DNA from: the human T2T-CHM13v2.0 reference genome, Homo sapiens
Assembly: GCF_009914755.1 (NCBI RefSeq)
Contig: NC_060946.1
Reading direction: 5' to 3' (one strand)
Length of the DNA stretch: 64,000 nt
The notes beneath the pieces were generated by a model. That model saw nothing but the letters and a program-made list of their open reading frames with translations, had not been told where the DNA came from and searched no databases. A program made the position numbers and the translations under genes. Every line of letters starts with the position of its first letter. Within the stretch, counting starts at the first letter, position 1. This document shows positions 34,575 to 49,578 of the stretch, piece after piece.

Positions 34575-35728
34575 TCACAGGTATTTGGTGAATGAAATGT
34601 ATTAGGTACCTGATTAGGTGGAATTGAAAAAAATATGTTTTTGTTGTTGTTTGTTTGTTTGTTTGTTTGTTTGGAAAGAAGCTGCCATTGAAAAGCATCC
34701 AAGAGTTTCAACTGAATGGCAGTGGCCTCAGGTTCGCCTGGAACGCTCACCTCTGATAAGTAGAGTCTTGCAATGCTCAATGGCCTCTCATGAACACTCC
34801 CGTGTAAGTGACAAGTGAGAAATGAGGCCCCAGGCCCTGGTAGCCATTGGGACATCCCCCAAGGCTTGAACTCCTGCCAGTCCAGCCTGCAGGTGCTTAG
34901 CAGGATTTGGTCACTTGGCTTCAGCTGGCGTGTTAGTGAGTCTTGCCCTGGCTCAAGCAAAAGTCAGCGGCTCTGCGTCAGGGCACCCACAGGATGGAAG
35001 GTGGGACTCACTCTGAACTGGTGTCATGATGCTTCCAACCGGCTCCAGGAAGACTACAAGCTGGGAATCCCCCGCAGCCTGGCGGAAGAGCCCCCGTACC
35101 AAGCTCCTGAAGAAGATCACCCTTCCCAGCAGCCTCAGATGCAAGAACTGGGGATGGGGCAGACAGACTTGTCACAGGGCTCCCGGGAGGCCTCACCCTT
35201 CCCTTCTGAGGGCCAGGGAGAGGAGAGCCGCATTTTGCCGGAAGGATGCCTGGGGACTGGCTCAGCGAGGCTGGCATTCTCCTATTGAAGGATCCTTCGC
35301 TCAGCTCTGCAGTGTGAGGGCCCGATGCCCCTAGTCCCCGAGCCTGGGCCTTGAGTAAAATGACAGGGTGTGCAGCTTTGAGTGATAACCACCAGCCTTT
35401 GAAGCACAAGCTTGGGGCTCCCTGCAGCCCTGCAGGTGAGGGTCTGGACCAGGACAGAGGTTATGGGCACTGGACAAGGACTTGCCAGCTTGCCCAGGAT
35501 GGGTGCCCAGAGCACAACTGCATGGTGGCGAAAGGGCAGCAGTGCCTGAAACTGGCCCCCAGGCAGGCGGATCAGGGCCTCCAGCGCCACCACACATGTG
35601 CAACCTGTCTGGCCCTCTTGGGCTGAGCCAGCCCCTGCATTCTCCGGCAATTCAGGGAGAGGAAGTAGAGCCCACAGGAGAAGTCAGACTTGCTGCTAAT
35701 CTGGAAGTGGAGGCTCAGACTGATTTTA

Positions 35729-36128
<400 letters not shown>

Positions 36129-36210
36129 AAGAAAGAAAGAGAGAGAGAGGGAGGGAGGGAGGAAGGAAGGAAGGAAGGAAGGAAGGAAGGAAGGAAGGAA
36201 GGAAGGAAGG
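36129..36210. repeat. (GAAA)/(GA)/(GGAA)n repeat derived from an Alu tail
   Basis: Directly follows Alu 35853-36128. Confidence 0.9.
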
Positions 36211-36319
36211 GCAGATTTCAGGTGCAAATCCCAACTTGCCTTCTTTTTAGTTGGTGGTCTTGGGCAAATTACTCAAACTCTCTCTGTTTTAGTTTCCTCA
36301 TCTGTAAAATGAGGATCAT

Positions 36320-36712
36320 TGTGGAAGTTAGTGTCCTCCAAAGAAACAGAACCAATAGGACGTATATATAGAGAGGTTTATTTTAAGGAATTGGCTCATG
36401 CAATCATGCGGGTTGGCAAGTCTGAAATCTGCAGGACAGACCGGGAGGCTGGAGACCCAGGGAAAAGTGATTTTGCAGCCTTGAGTCTGGAAGCAGAATT
36501 CCTTCTTCCTTGTGGAACTTCAGCCTCTTCTTGTAAGACCTTCAACTGATTGGTGCGGCCCACCCTCATTATGGAGGTAATCTGCTTTACTCTAAGTCTC
36601 TTTATTTAAATGTTACTCGCATCTTCAAAATACCTTCACAGCAGCATCTAGACTGGTGTTTGACCACACAATTGGGCACCATGGCTTAGCCAAGTTGACC
36701 CATACCAACATG
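36320..36712 (-). mobile_element. MLT2 (ERVL) LTR
   Basis: GAAACAGAACCAATAGGA...TTTATTTTAAGGAATTGGCTCA...GGCAAGTCTGAAATCTGCAGG motifs. Confidence 0.8.
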
Positions 36713-36780
36713 ATGACAATGATGATAATAATGCCTACCTGGTAGGGCTGTTGAAAGATTCAATGCATTGGACTATATTA

Positions 36781-37251
<471 letters not shown>

Positions 37252-37875
37252 TCACCCCACTTGGCTTATTTCTAATGAAACATCATGCGGAACCCCAATA
37301 GATACGTTGGCCAAAGGTGCCGCTGCTCTGGCTGAAGCAGAAATGCCCAGTGCCCCTCACCCCCATGTCTGATCCCTCCCACATCTGTCAGAGGACTTGG
37401 TCCCTGTGCTCAAAACCTGGAGCTCCACATCACCCAGTTTCATAATTCACCAGGTCCGCAAAACTACCTCCTCTCTCTAACGCATGTGTGAAGGGTGGCC
37501 GCCCTGCCCCTGGGGGATCTTGACTCTGATACACGGTGGGAAAACTTCCAAGGAGGCTGAAACCTGCGCAGCCACCATGGGGAAGGCCACCCAGCAGATG
37601 GGAGAGGCTCCGCGCCTCGGAGCGGAAGCTCGTTGTTTTTGAGGAACCGATGCCCTCTGATGACTGGAACATTTTCAGCAAAGATTTTGCCCTTCTGAGT
37701 GTGCTAACAGGTTCAGTATTTCTGTGTAAATAACAGCATGGGAAGAATTTTTTTATTTGTGGGTAATCTGTGGTCAGACAAAAGCAACAGCATTGACAGA
37801 GGGCAGTAGAAGGGGAAGGTTTTGTGTCTGTTTGTTAAGATACCACTTTCACGTGTCTGGGAGCACACAATGAAT

Positions 37876-39220
37876 GGTGTGCATGTGCGTGCATATGTGT
37901 GTGTGTCTGTGTGTGTGTATGCATGTGTGCACCTGAGAGAGAAAACACAATAGAATAGAAATATAAGATGCCATTTTCATTACTAATAAAATGGCAAACG
38001 TGTGTGCGTGTGTGCGTGCATGTGTGTGTGCATATGTGTGCATGTATATGTGAGAATTGTCTATGTGTGCATGTATGTGTGTGTTTGTGTACATGTGAGT
38101 GTGTTTGTGTATGGGTATATGTGTGTGATTGTATGTATTTGTGTGTACAAGTGTTATGTGTGCATGTGTGTGTATGTGAGAGTGTGAATGTGTGTATGTG
38201 TATGTAAGAGTGTGTGTGCATGTGTGTGTATTTATGAGTGTGTGAGAGTGTATGTGTGCACGGGTGTGTGTATATGCATGTATATGTGTGTCACGTGTAC
38301 ATGCTTGTGAGAATTGTGCGTGTGTGTGTGCATGTATTATGTGTACATGTTTGTGTATATATGTGTGTTTGTGTGTATGTGTGTATTTGCATGTGTGTTA
38401 TGTATGTGTCCATGTGCAGGTGTATGTACATGTGTGTGCATTTGTGTGAGGGTGTGTGTGTGTGCATTGTGTGAGTGTGTATGTCTGTGAGCATGTATGT
38501 GTGTGTCTGTGTGTGAATGTATATATGTAAGAGTGTGTGTGTGTGAGAGTGTATGTGCGGTTGTGTGTATATGCATGTATTTGTGTGCCATGTGTACATG
38601 AGTGTGAGAATTGTACATGTGTATGTGTGCATGTGTGTGTACATTTCTGTGCATATATGTGTGGTTGTGCATATGTGTATGTGTGTTATGTATGTGTGCA
38701 TGTGTGTGTGGTTGTGTCTGTGTGTATGTGTGTATGTATGTGGTTGTGTGTCTGTGTATTTGTATGTGTGTATTTGTATGTGGGTGTACATGTGCTTGTG
38801 TATGTGCGTGTCTGTGTATTTGTGTGTGTATGTGTATGAGTGTGTGTCTGTGTGTATTTGCATGTGTGTGTACGTTTGTGTATATGTGTCTGTGTGTATT
38901 TGCATGTGTGTGTACATGTGTTTGTGTCTGTGTATGTATTTGCATGTGTGTACATGTGTTTGTGTGTGTATTTGCATGTGTGTGTGCATGTGGTGTACAT
39001 ATGAGTGTTTATGTGTCTGTGTATTTATGTGTGTGTCTGTGTGTATTTGCATGTGTGTACATGTGTTTGTGTCTGTATGTATTTGCATGTGTGTACATGT
39101 GTTTGTGTCTGTGTGTGTGTATTTGCATGTGTGTGTGCATGTGGTGTACATATGAGTGTTTATGTGTCTGTGTATTTACGTGTGTGTCTGTGTGTATTTG
39201 CATGTGCGTGTATGTGTGTA
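37876..39220. repeat. Degenerate (TG)n/(TATG/CATG) alternating purine-pyrimidine tract
   Basis: Direct inspection, ~1.3 kb with a short unique interruption at ~37935-37998. Confidence 0.95.
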
Positions 39221-39784
39221 TACCTTATCAAGCCTGTCCCTCATTGTTTTGCTGTCACCTGATGCCCCAGCTCTGCTCAGCTAGTGGCTCGCTGTCCACG
39301 TTGAGGTCTCGAGTGAGTCACCCCGCACAGCTCTTCACGGTTTCTCACTTCTGCTCCCCAGATATTGCCCAAGCCCTGGTTTCTTTTACATCCTATCCAA
39401 CTTCTCCAGGCTCCACCCAGAAAGCCACAGTCCCAGGCAGAGTCAGGAGGGCCAGATTTTAAAGAAGTTGCCTGGGCTGTCCTGGGGGTGACTCTTGTGG
39501 ATTCCAAAGTGGCAGGTAATGTGGCTAGAAGCCAAGATCAGACCTGACAGCAGGAGAGTCAGACAGACATTGATACACTCAGACTCACACATGCCAACGC
39601 GCACACACACCCAGTGTGTGCCCAGAGACACGCACACACACAGAGCTCAGCTTCAGGAATCAGATGTTCAGAACTAGGGTCCTACTGGGACCTCCTGAAC
39701 CATTTAATTTCTAAAATACTCTACAGTTTACAACATGCTTTTATATCCATATCCACATGTTATACTAGTGTGGTATCCCAGTAG

Positions 39785-40083
<299 letters not shown>

Positions 40084-40413
40084 TTATGTAGACACTTCCC
40101 GTTGGTTCTGTTTCTCTGGAAAACCCTGACTTATGCAGCAGCTGACTCTTTATGACTTTCATCCACCATGACTGGGCCCGCCATCACTCCCACACCTCAT
40201 CTTCATACTCTCAGAGCCCTGTGCCTCGTCAGCTCCCCGAGGCAGGGGCAGGGCCTGTCTGCTTCACTGTGGCACCCCAGAGCCTAGCTCAGTGCCTGGC
40301 ACCCTGCAGGCTTCAGGAAATATTTGATCAATGCATGTGTGAATATATGACTGAGTGAATTTGGAAAGCCACTCCTTAGGCAATTCCTACACCTGAAACT
40401 CTCTTCCTACTTC

Positions 40414-40719
40414 TTTTTTTTTTTTTTTTTTTTTTTTGAGACAGAGCCTCACTCTGTTGCCCAGGCTGGAGTGCAATGGCACAGTCACGGCTCAGTGCAG
40501 CATTGACCTCCCTGGGCATAGGTGATCTCCCACTTCAGCCTCTCAAGTAGCTGGGACTACAGGCGTGCACCACCATGCTCAGTTAATTTTTCTATTTTTT
40601 TGTGGAGACAGGGTTTCGCCATGTTGCCCAGGTTGTTCTCAAACTCCTGAGCTCAAGTGACTTACCTGCCTCAGCTTCCCAAAGTGCTGGATTGCAGGCA
40701 TAGGTCACTATGTCCGGCC
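40414..40719 (-). mobile_element. Alu (J-like)
   Basis: Reverse Alu dimer. Confidence 0.93.
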
Positions 40720-40917
40720 CCTTCTTTGCTCATAAAAATCCTTTATTGTCCCCGAGGCCTAGCATGGGCTACTTTCTCCTTCATCCCCACACCGCGGAAG
40801 CCTCATGAGAGCAGAGACCATGTCTGCCTTATTCACGATTGTGACTTAGACTGAGGCCTAAGTCTCAGTCTGGGGCCTGGTACATGGTAGATGCTCAATA
40901 AATACTGGTTACATTAA

Positions 40918-41305
<388 letters not shown>

Positions 41306-43749
41306 TAACCTCTATTCTTCCCCCAGGATTGCCCTTATTCCTTTTGCTCTCACCTCTTCTTTAGACAGCAAAGTATTTCTTTCCCTAAGCCTCAGGGAAG
41401 GATGTGACAGCTGAGAACAAAAAACCCATGTCTCTTGCCTGGATTTGCAGTGTCGAAAGCTTAGACTCGGAGAGAACCAGAAGGAATACACAGAAAGGAG
41501 AAAATACTTGGAGGAAATCATGAGAGTTTTCTGCTTTCCAGGCTGGAGAATCATTTTCTGAAACTGTCATAAAGAAGAGAACTGCAGAGAAAACACCCAG
41601 ATTGCAGATGCTGGTAGTTCTCAGAGAAAGAGGCTCTGTCCCTGCTCATAAAGCACCTTGTGTGGGTTAGGAAAAGGCACCCCCCTGGGTGCACAGCTTG
41701 GTAACTGGAGCACAGTTCACATCCAGCTCTTATTACCCGCTTCGTCCAGGCACTCATGTGGAGTGCACAACCCATACAACCATACAGAGCCGCCTTGCAC
41801 AAGCCCTACCAAGTCCTAGAAGAGGCAAAAAAAAAAAAAAAAAAAAAAGTTCAGACAGGTCTGCGGGGTCTGAACACAGAGAAAATCCATGCCTCACATT
41901 CCAGGCAGAGACCTCATGGGGCAAGAGTGTTTCAGGGAGGAAGTGGTCCCAGGCAAAAGCGATCACAGTTTCCTACGCAGAGGATCTGATAAGGAACAAT
42001 GACTAAGGACCAGGTGGGTGCAGCAGTCCTGAGGTCAACCCTGGGGACAGATGACAGCAGCCACCAGATTGCCACCTCCCCACGCACGCACACAACTTGG
42101 CACACATAAGCCCCTTGGAATCAGCCCAAAAACCACAGAAAAATCTCAAATAAATTGAGATTAAGTATTTGCCACTCACGCAAAATGAAGATTCAAAACA
42201 GAAGTCCCCTTGAGTCACAGGCGTGCACACACAAGCACACACACACAAAGAATAAGTTGCATCGTGTGCATCCAAGGTGCACATAAACTGGGAATTTTTT
42301 TAAAAAATTGCTCTGCTTAGCACACATTTGTTCAATGGATGCTGAATGAATAACAAGTAACGGGTGCATCTCTGCATCCTTAATGGTGTTCTGCCCTGAT
42401 TTAATTATCAGAACACATCTGTCTCCCTGACTAGATTGTCAATGGCTTGCAGACAGGGACCCAGTTTATTCAACTTTAAATCCTGCACACGAATCCTCTA
42501 CAGAACTGCTCATTGCCTGAGTGTTCAATTGAATTACTCTCTAAGTATGTGGAATTTTTCTCCAGGCTCCAAGATCAAAAAGCTCCCCTCACCCTGAACT
42601 CCCCTCCTTTCTCTCCCACCTCTTCATAGAGCATACGAATTCCCAAATCCTGGCGCAGAAAGGAAGAAGGTTCCCCTTTAATGCGGTTGTCTGGTGCCAC
42701 CGCACAGCCTGGTAAATAAGTGTGCTAGGATTTGGGACGTGTCCACATCCAGCAGAGGAGCACTGCTCTGCCCAGCAGCCATGAGCCTGAGCTTAGTCTG
42801 AGGTTTGGGGCAGTGAGGTCACGATTATCGTGGGGTAGGGGTAGGGCTGGACCCCAAGACAGATGCTCAAGGGCAGGGGGGCTCAAGGTCCCTTGTTCTG
42901 GGAGCTACTGGAGATTTAAGGTGCCCAGGACTTGGGGCTTCCCAGAGATGGCGCCCAGAGTCGTGGTGGCATTCTAGGACCTCATGGCTTGGGCACGTGG
43001 GCCGGTCCAGCCCACCAGGCCCTTTTCCAGGCCCCTTTCCACACCCTTTGCTGCAGCCTGCTTCCTGGCTGCCACAATTACATGCCAACATTTTATTTTT
43101 GGCCCTCGCAGCAATACTTACATTTTCTGCCCGTGCACTCTGCCTTCGCTGATATGGATTTTGTCTCCTGGCCTGTGTTTGTAAATTATTCCCCATGTGT
43201 CTGTCCTTTCTCTGTGGCCAGAAGGTCAGCAGCTGCCACTGGCTGGCCGCCTTGCTCTCTCCCTGGCTGGAGTCCCTGCTGCCTTCCAGGCCATAGTTTG
43301 AGTCCCAGCTCTGCCACTTACTAGCAGGGTGACCTTCCCACGTTACTGAAGGTATTGCAGCCATGATGATGATGGCTTCCCCTCTCCTCTGGGTTCCCAC
43401 AGCCTGGCGCACCTGTCACTCTCTCCTCGTATTGCAGAGGTCTGTTCGCTGCCTCCCACCTCCCCCGAAGAGAAGGTGCTCCCAAGGCTGGGGCCAAGCC
43501 TGTCCCTTCCATTTCCCCATGCCCTGCACTGGGCCTGCCTCTGAGCGGTGGCCCAGGGAGGGTGGGCTCCTGTCCCTCTCACCCTCCTGCCTTTCCTCCT
43601 CCCCTTCTCCTCTTTCCTGAGGCTCTCTGCACACACAAGCCCAGGGTCTGCCTTCCTCCCATTTCTTCCTTGATGCTGGTGCTGGTGGGGGCATCATTTA
43701 CTCTAGGAGATGAAAAATGCCAGGCAGAAACTGAGATGTTGCAGGTTGT

Positions 43750-43755
43750 TTTATT
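43750..43755 (-). terminator. MB: MB polyadenylation signal AATAAA
   Basis: Plus strand tttatt, ~510 nt after the stop; followed on minus by a CA ~18 nt later and a U-rich downstream element (GTTTCTGCCTGGCATTTTTC). Confidence 0.9.
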
Positions 43756-44264
43756 AAAACCAGGTGAGTCACTGCCATACCTGAGGAGGCACACACAAGT
43801 TCCAGATAGTCAAATGCTTCCCCAGCTGGCCCGCCCAGCCCAGATCTCCTCCTCATTGCAAAGGGACATTCTGCTGTCTTCAAGGGGCCAGTGATTAATC
43901 AGACAATTGCTACTGTCAGGTGTAGTTAATGGCTTGGATTTGGGGTTACAGCCAGTTTGGAGGTTGGAAGAAGTTCGGTTGGGATTTAGAAGAAAGGACA
44001 ATTAATTCAGATCCAAACCATGCAGAACACAGTGAGCCAAGGGCCACTCCCGGTTCCCAGGGTGATGACATCCCACAGGGAGGCGCATCGCTGGGCATGC
44101 AAAGCCAACTTCAACACCCCAGCCCCAGCCCCTCAGCTCCTCCTGCCCACCTCTACTAAACAAAGCAGACACTCAGAAGCAAACTCTATATGGCTACACG
44201 AGATCAGACCCCGCTCTCTCTTGAACCCGGGGCCCAGATGGGTGGGGGTGGGAGCGGCAGGGGC

Positions 44265-44411
44265 CTAGCCCTGGAAGCCCAGCTCCTTGTAGTTGGAGGC
44301 CATGTCCTTCCGGAACAGCTCCAGGGCCTTGTTCATGGCCCCCTGGGCATCAGCACCAAAGTCCCCGGGATGCTTGCTCTGCAGAACCTGGATGATGCAT
44401 TCCGAGATGAA
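44265..44411 (-). CDS. MB: Myoglobin coding exon 3 (147 nt; [48 protein letters not shown]-stop)
   Basis: Pyrimidine tract plus CTGCAG|TTC acceptor; TAG at 44267-44265; phase-0 intron at the globin G7.0 position. Confidence 0.99.
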   Translation of the reverse strand, partial: FISECIIQVLQSKHPGDFGADAQGAMNKALELFRKDMASNYKELGFQG

Positions 44412-46689
44412 CTGCAGGGAGGGTGAGGAGAGAAAATGGTCACCAGGGTGGGACAAGCCAGGGGCCAGATGGGAGTCAGTTGTCCTCCTACCTTCTCTTT
44501 ATTCCAGGACCGTGTATTGAGCACTTGCTAGGCACCAGGTGAGAGTCTGTGTGATCTCCACGGATGAACCCCTTTGATCCCCACAACCACTGTGAGATAG
44601 ATACTACAACTGCCCTCGATTTACAGATGCAGAAACTGAGGCGAGGGGAGGTTGAATGGAAGGGACATTTGGACCCAGGAGGGCCGGCTCCGGAGCCCAC
44701 GCTCTTACTCACAGCCCCCTCCACTCCATCAGGATGTAGACCCCACTGAAACCAGGTGAGAGCTCAGAGCACCACCCGCTTGGGGGCAGCAGAAAAGAAG
44801 GGAAATGCTCAGATTTCATTATTGTATTCAGGATTTTGCAATCAGAAAGTCTAGAAAGGAACTATTTCTATTTGTGTGTATGCAATTTTTGCATACTTAA
44901 TGACTTGGTATGGTTATTGTTTTAAAGACCCTATTTTGGGGGCACAGCCTCCTATTTTTTATACCAAGCACAGAAACACTGGTGGGAGGGAAGGAGAGAG
45001 AGGAAGAAGACAGGGATGAGGCCCGCGGCTGGCTCCCAGGATGGAGAATGTCTGCTATCAGCCTCAGCATTGCCATTTGCTTTAGTACCCACAGTCTCAC
45101 TGCCCGGATAACAGAGATGGGCATGGGAAAACGGAGATGTAGCATGGTGCTGCTTTAGGGATGGAAAGACTCATGGATGTGAAATGCGGCTGTGCTTTCT
45201 CAAGTTAACCAGATTTGATCCCAACCACAGCCCTGGCTGGTGCACCAAGGAGTGTCGTTTTACAGAGGAGAAAATCAAGTGGCCAGACCGAGGTCACGCA
45301 GGAAGCAGAGAGCAGAGATGGATTTGCGCCCAGGAGGCTGTGGGCAGGCCACTGCCAGAGCTGGGAACGGAGGCAGTGGCTGAACCAAGGCTGGGTTTCT
45401 CGTTTTCTCAGGGCCCCAGGGTGCAAGTGACATAAAGCAGGGATAGTCGCGGGTGGGACATGCAAAGGGAGGCCTCAAGAAGCATCAACACCCCATAAGC
45501 CCCTCTGCTGGGAAAGAGGGGCAGCTCCACAAACGCCTACTCTTGGGCATCAAGGTGGATGCTTGACTTCACCTTCCATTTCATGAATGCCACAAAACAA
45601 AGTGGGGGCTCAGGGTGTCATGGAGCAAGCCCTGTCCTTAGAGAACTTGAGAGAATCAAGTTCCAGGGCCACCTATGCCCCGACTCCATGTGTGACTTCA
45701 CCCACCCAGATGGCCTGGTTGGGCCCCCAGCTCAGACTTTCTGGAGTCCATGGCAGAGCCACTCATATCTAGAAAACAGTGGAACGGAGCCACTGCATAA
45801 TTGAGAAATGGAAACACTCTCGGCACCCACCACCCTGTACAGCCCCTCAGTCCCTCAGAGAGACAATCTGTCCACAGGTGAGGTGGAGACTGTCTTATGA
45901 ACAGCGCAGAGCGAAGGTCCACCGTGAGGGGGAAAAGCAGACATCTGGGCTCTGTCTCAATTTTTTGCAGAGGTTATGCATCAGATTAAGCATGTTTTAG
46001 GGAGACCTGGGTTCTAGTGGCCAACTGGTTGTGATATCTTGGCTGCATGGTTTTTTCTATCCAACACTCGGCTTCTTCCTCTCTAGAGAGAGAACTCAGT
46101 CATTGGAAGTGTATGGTGAGCCAAACACGTGCCAGTGGGGCACAGAAATGGTAGCCCCTAGGGAGCTGAGTGTCTGCTGGGAGACCGCTGGGCAAAGAGA
46201 CAAATTATCACACAGCCTGGCAGTGCCATGACCGGAGATGAAGATAAAGTGCCATGGTGCAGGGAGGGGCTGGCAGATGGAACCGCTGAAAGCCTCGTGG
46301 GCCTGGGGTTCCAAGCAGGGGAGATGGCTTCGCACTGGGCCTTAGTGGATGAACAGGGATTTGCAGAGAGAAGATGGGCAGGCAGGGACGGCCTCACATG
46401 CAGGGTTGTCTGTTCACGCTGGTGATGTGGAGCAGTTGGGCAGGCAGGACTCTGCGCAATTGTGGGGTGGGGTGCAAAGGTCGAAGTTAAAGAGGGGTGG
46501 CGGTGGTTGTCAATGGGTGATATTGTGCCACAGTGGATTCAGAGCCTGGTTCCAGAGTACCATGGATCTGACTGTACCTCCTGGCTTATCAGCTGTGTGA
46601 CCTTGGGCAAGCTACTTAAACCCTCTGAGCTCTCAGTTTCCAAACCAGCAAAATGGGGATGAGAAGGGTACTTGCCTGGGGCAGAGACT

Positions 46690-47005
46690 GCTAATTACGT
46701 CCACAATATCCATTTCCCTTTCTTCCTTGGTAACAGAACACTAGTTGTATTTGGAGGGGTGATAGACTACCTTTCCCAGCTTCCCGTGCAGACAGGATGG
46801 CTCCGTAACTAACTTCTGGCCAATGAGATGTAAATAAAATTGTTGGATGAGATTTCTGGGACTCCTTAAACTCCTCAAAAGAGAGCATTCCTCTCTTTCT
46901 CCTGCTTCCAGTTGGGAATATAGAAGAGGTGGCTGGAGCTCTTGCAGTCATTTTGGCCATGAGGCAACTTTGAGGATGGATGCCATGTGCTAGGCATGGC
47001 AGCAA
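46690..47005 (+). mobile_element. MLT1 (MaLR) LTR fragment in MB intron 2
   Basis: TTCTGGCCAATGAGATGTAA...GGCTGGAGCTCTTGCAGTCATTTTGG motifs. Confidence 0.7.
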
Positions 47006-47651
47006 ATGCTCACTGTGGCCCATCCCAGCGGGTAGCTATCACCACATCCTAATCCTCATGGCTGCACCAGACTTCCTGCTGTTTCTACCCTCGGGGGATG
47101 CACCTGTCCCTGTGGTCCTTCATCCCCAGCTCCCTCCTCTCCCCAAATCGCCTCCTCCCACCAGTTATAGACACACAACCTGAAGCCCAGGCTCCTGCCC
47201 CCAACCCTGATCCACCCAACTTTCCAACCCATCTCAGGAGGTCCAAACCAATTGCTTGTGCTGGAAACCGAGGTCCTGTCTCTTCATCTGTGAAGATGCT
47301 GGAACCAATAGAGCCAACCTGCTGGTCACCCCCACCCCAAATTGAGCCCCACTTGCTGAGCTCCTGCCACATAAGTCCTGCATGTACCAGACTCCCAGTG
47401 GCACAGCAGTTAGGGGCTGGGGTTCTGTAGTAATAGAGACCTGCGTTTGAATCTTGGCTCTGCCATTATCCACCTCCTGTGACCGTGGACAAGCTGCTTA
47501 ACCTCTGTGAGCCTCAGTTTCCCCATCTATCAAGTGGATATGATAATGGTACCTACCCATGGAGAGGATGCAAATTTTGCACCCAATATCCCCTCTCCCT
47601 TTCCTCTTTGGTAATAAGATGTGAATTTGGCATACTAAATTAAAAATGCTA

Positions 47652-48140
<489 letters not shown>

Positions 48141-48755
48141 CTAGAGTTCAAGTTTAGCTCCCTGTCTTCCCAGCTGTGTGACCTTGGGCCATTCACTTCA
48201 CCTCTCTGTGCCTCAGCTTCCTCATATAAGGGATGGGGATAACTTGTCCCTACTTGAAGGATTAAGTGAGATAGTGTGTGCTATGTACCAACAGGGTGTC
48301 TGGCACATAGTGAGTGTCATATAATTCCCATTTTACAGATGTGGAAACCGAGGTTCTGAGGCGTAAAGTCACCAGCTCACTATTGCAGGGGTGCTGTCCA
48401 GAGAAGCCAGGCTGGAATGAGGTCTGAGTGACCAAAACAGCAGTTCTAGTCCACGCTGCGACCATCTCTGCAGCTTCCTGCCCAGGGATTGTCCTTCAGC
48501 TGCTTAAATACCTCTAGCTACAGGAGGCTCACTCCTACCTGTGAGGGCCATTCCACTCCAGAGCAATCCTCACACTCAGAAACCTCTTGCTTGTTTTGAG
48601 CCCAAGCTGTGACTCTCTGAACCTCCCAGTCCCCTCACTGTGCAGATGACGAAGGGTCCTGGTGGGAGCAACTCAACCCAGCCCTGAGACAGGCACCCAC
48701 TCCTGCCAGGCACTCAGTGAGGTGCCCCAGAGGCCTCTGCTGGGACTCTGAGCAG

Positions 48756-48887
48756 CCACCTCCAGCTTTAGACCTCGGTCCTTCCTGCCCACCTCCAACT
48801 TTAGACCTTGGTCCTTCCTGCCCACCTCCAGCTTTAGACCTCAGTCCTTCCTGCCCACCTCCAGCTTTAGACCTCAGTCCTTCCTGC
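48756..48887. repeat. Myoglobin intron-1 minisatellite, 4 x 33 bp
   Basis: Units start at 48756, 48789, 48822 and 48855 (CCACCTCCAGCTTTAGACCTCRGTCCTTCCTGC); flanked by TCTGAGCAG (48747-48755) and TGTGAGCAG (48888-48896). Confidence 0.97.
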
Positions 48888-49362
48888 TGTGAGCAGGTGG
48901 GTGCTGGTTAAAGGGAGTCAGACCTGCCCTCTGGGTAGGAGTGAGTTTCCGCCTTTTACTCATGGAAGACCACAGAGATAAGTGGCCAAGGTCACTTGGC
49001 TAGCTAGCGGCAGAGCCCAGACCTAAACCCAAAATGGAACAGTTTCATAACTCCCACCCTTTCCCTTGTGCCACAGCTGAAATGTTTGGCACGGGCAACC
49101 CTGTCTGCCCAGGGCTCTCTCTCCTGTCTAATGGTTTCAGTTCCTTGAAAAGCTCCTCTTTTATGATACCCAGGCTCTGTGACATCCTTGTAAAAGTACA
49201 CAGTATGTATTGTGGCCACACTCCAGTTTGCGCCCTGAGCCACCATGCCCAGAAGTTGTCACAAGGAAGCACCTGATCCCCGTAGTCTCCATCCCAGGGT
49301 TTTATGAGGAGGGTATTTCACAACCAGGATGCTGAGCTCCTCAACCTGAAAATGAGTTCATG

Positions 49363-49578
49363 GTTTTTTTGTTTTTTGTTTTTCTTTTTTGAGATGGAAT
49401 CTGGCTCTGTTGCCCAGGCTGGAGTGCAGTGGTGCAATCTCTGCTCACCGCAACCTCCACCTCCTGGGTTTGAGCAATTCTCAGAATTCTCCATGTTAGG
49501 CAGGATGGTCTCGATCTCCTGACCTTGTGATCCGCCTGCCTCAGCCTCCCAAAGTGCTGGGATTACAGGCGCCCAGCC
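49363..49578 (-). mobile_element. Alu with a central deletion, MB intron 1
   Basis: Right-arm end joined via AGAATTCT to left-arm sequence. Confidence 0.9.

Noticed and set aside
38238-39462. 200-286-aa Cys/Val or His/Thr-rich ORFs
   Set aside because: Artefacts of the TG/CA tract; not metallothionein-like genes
48756-48887. CRISPR-like appearance of the 33-bp repeats
   Set aside because: Head-to-tail units with no spacers, in a eukaryotic intron, and no cas genes
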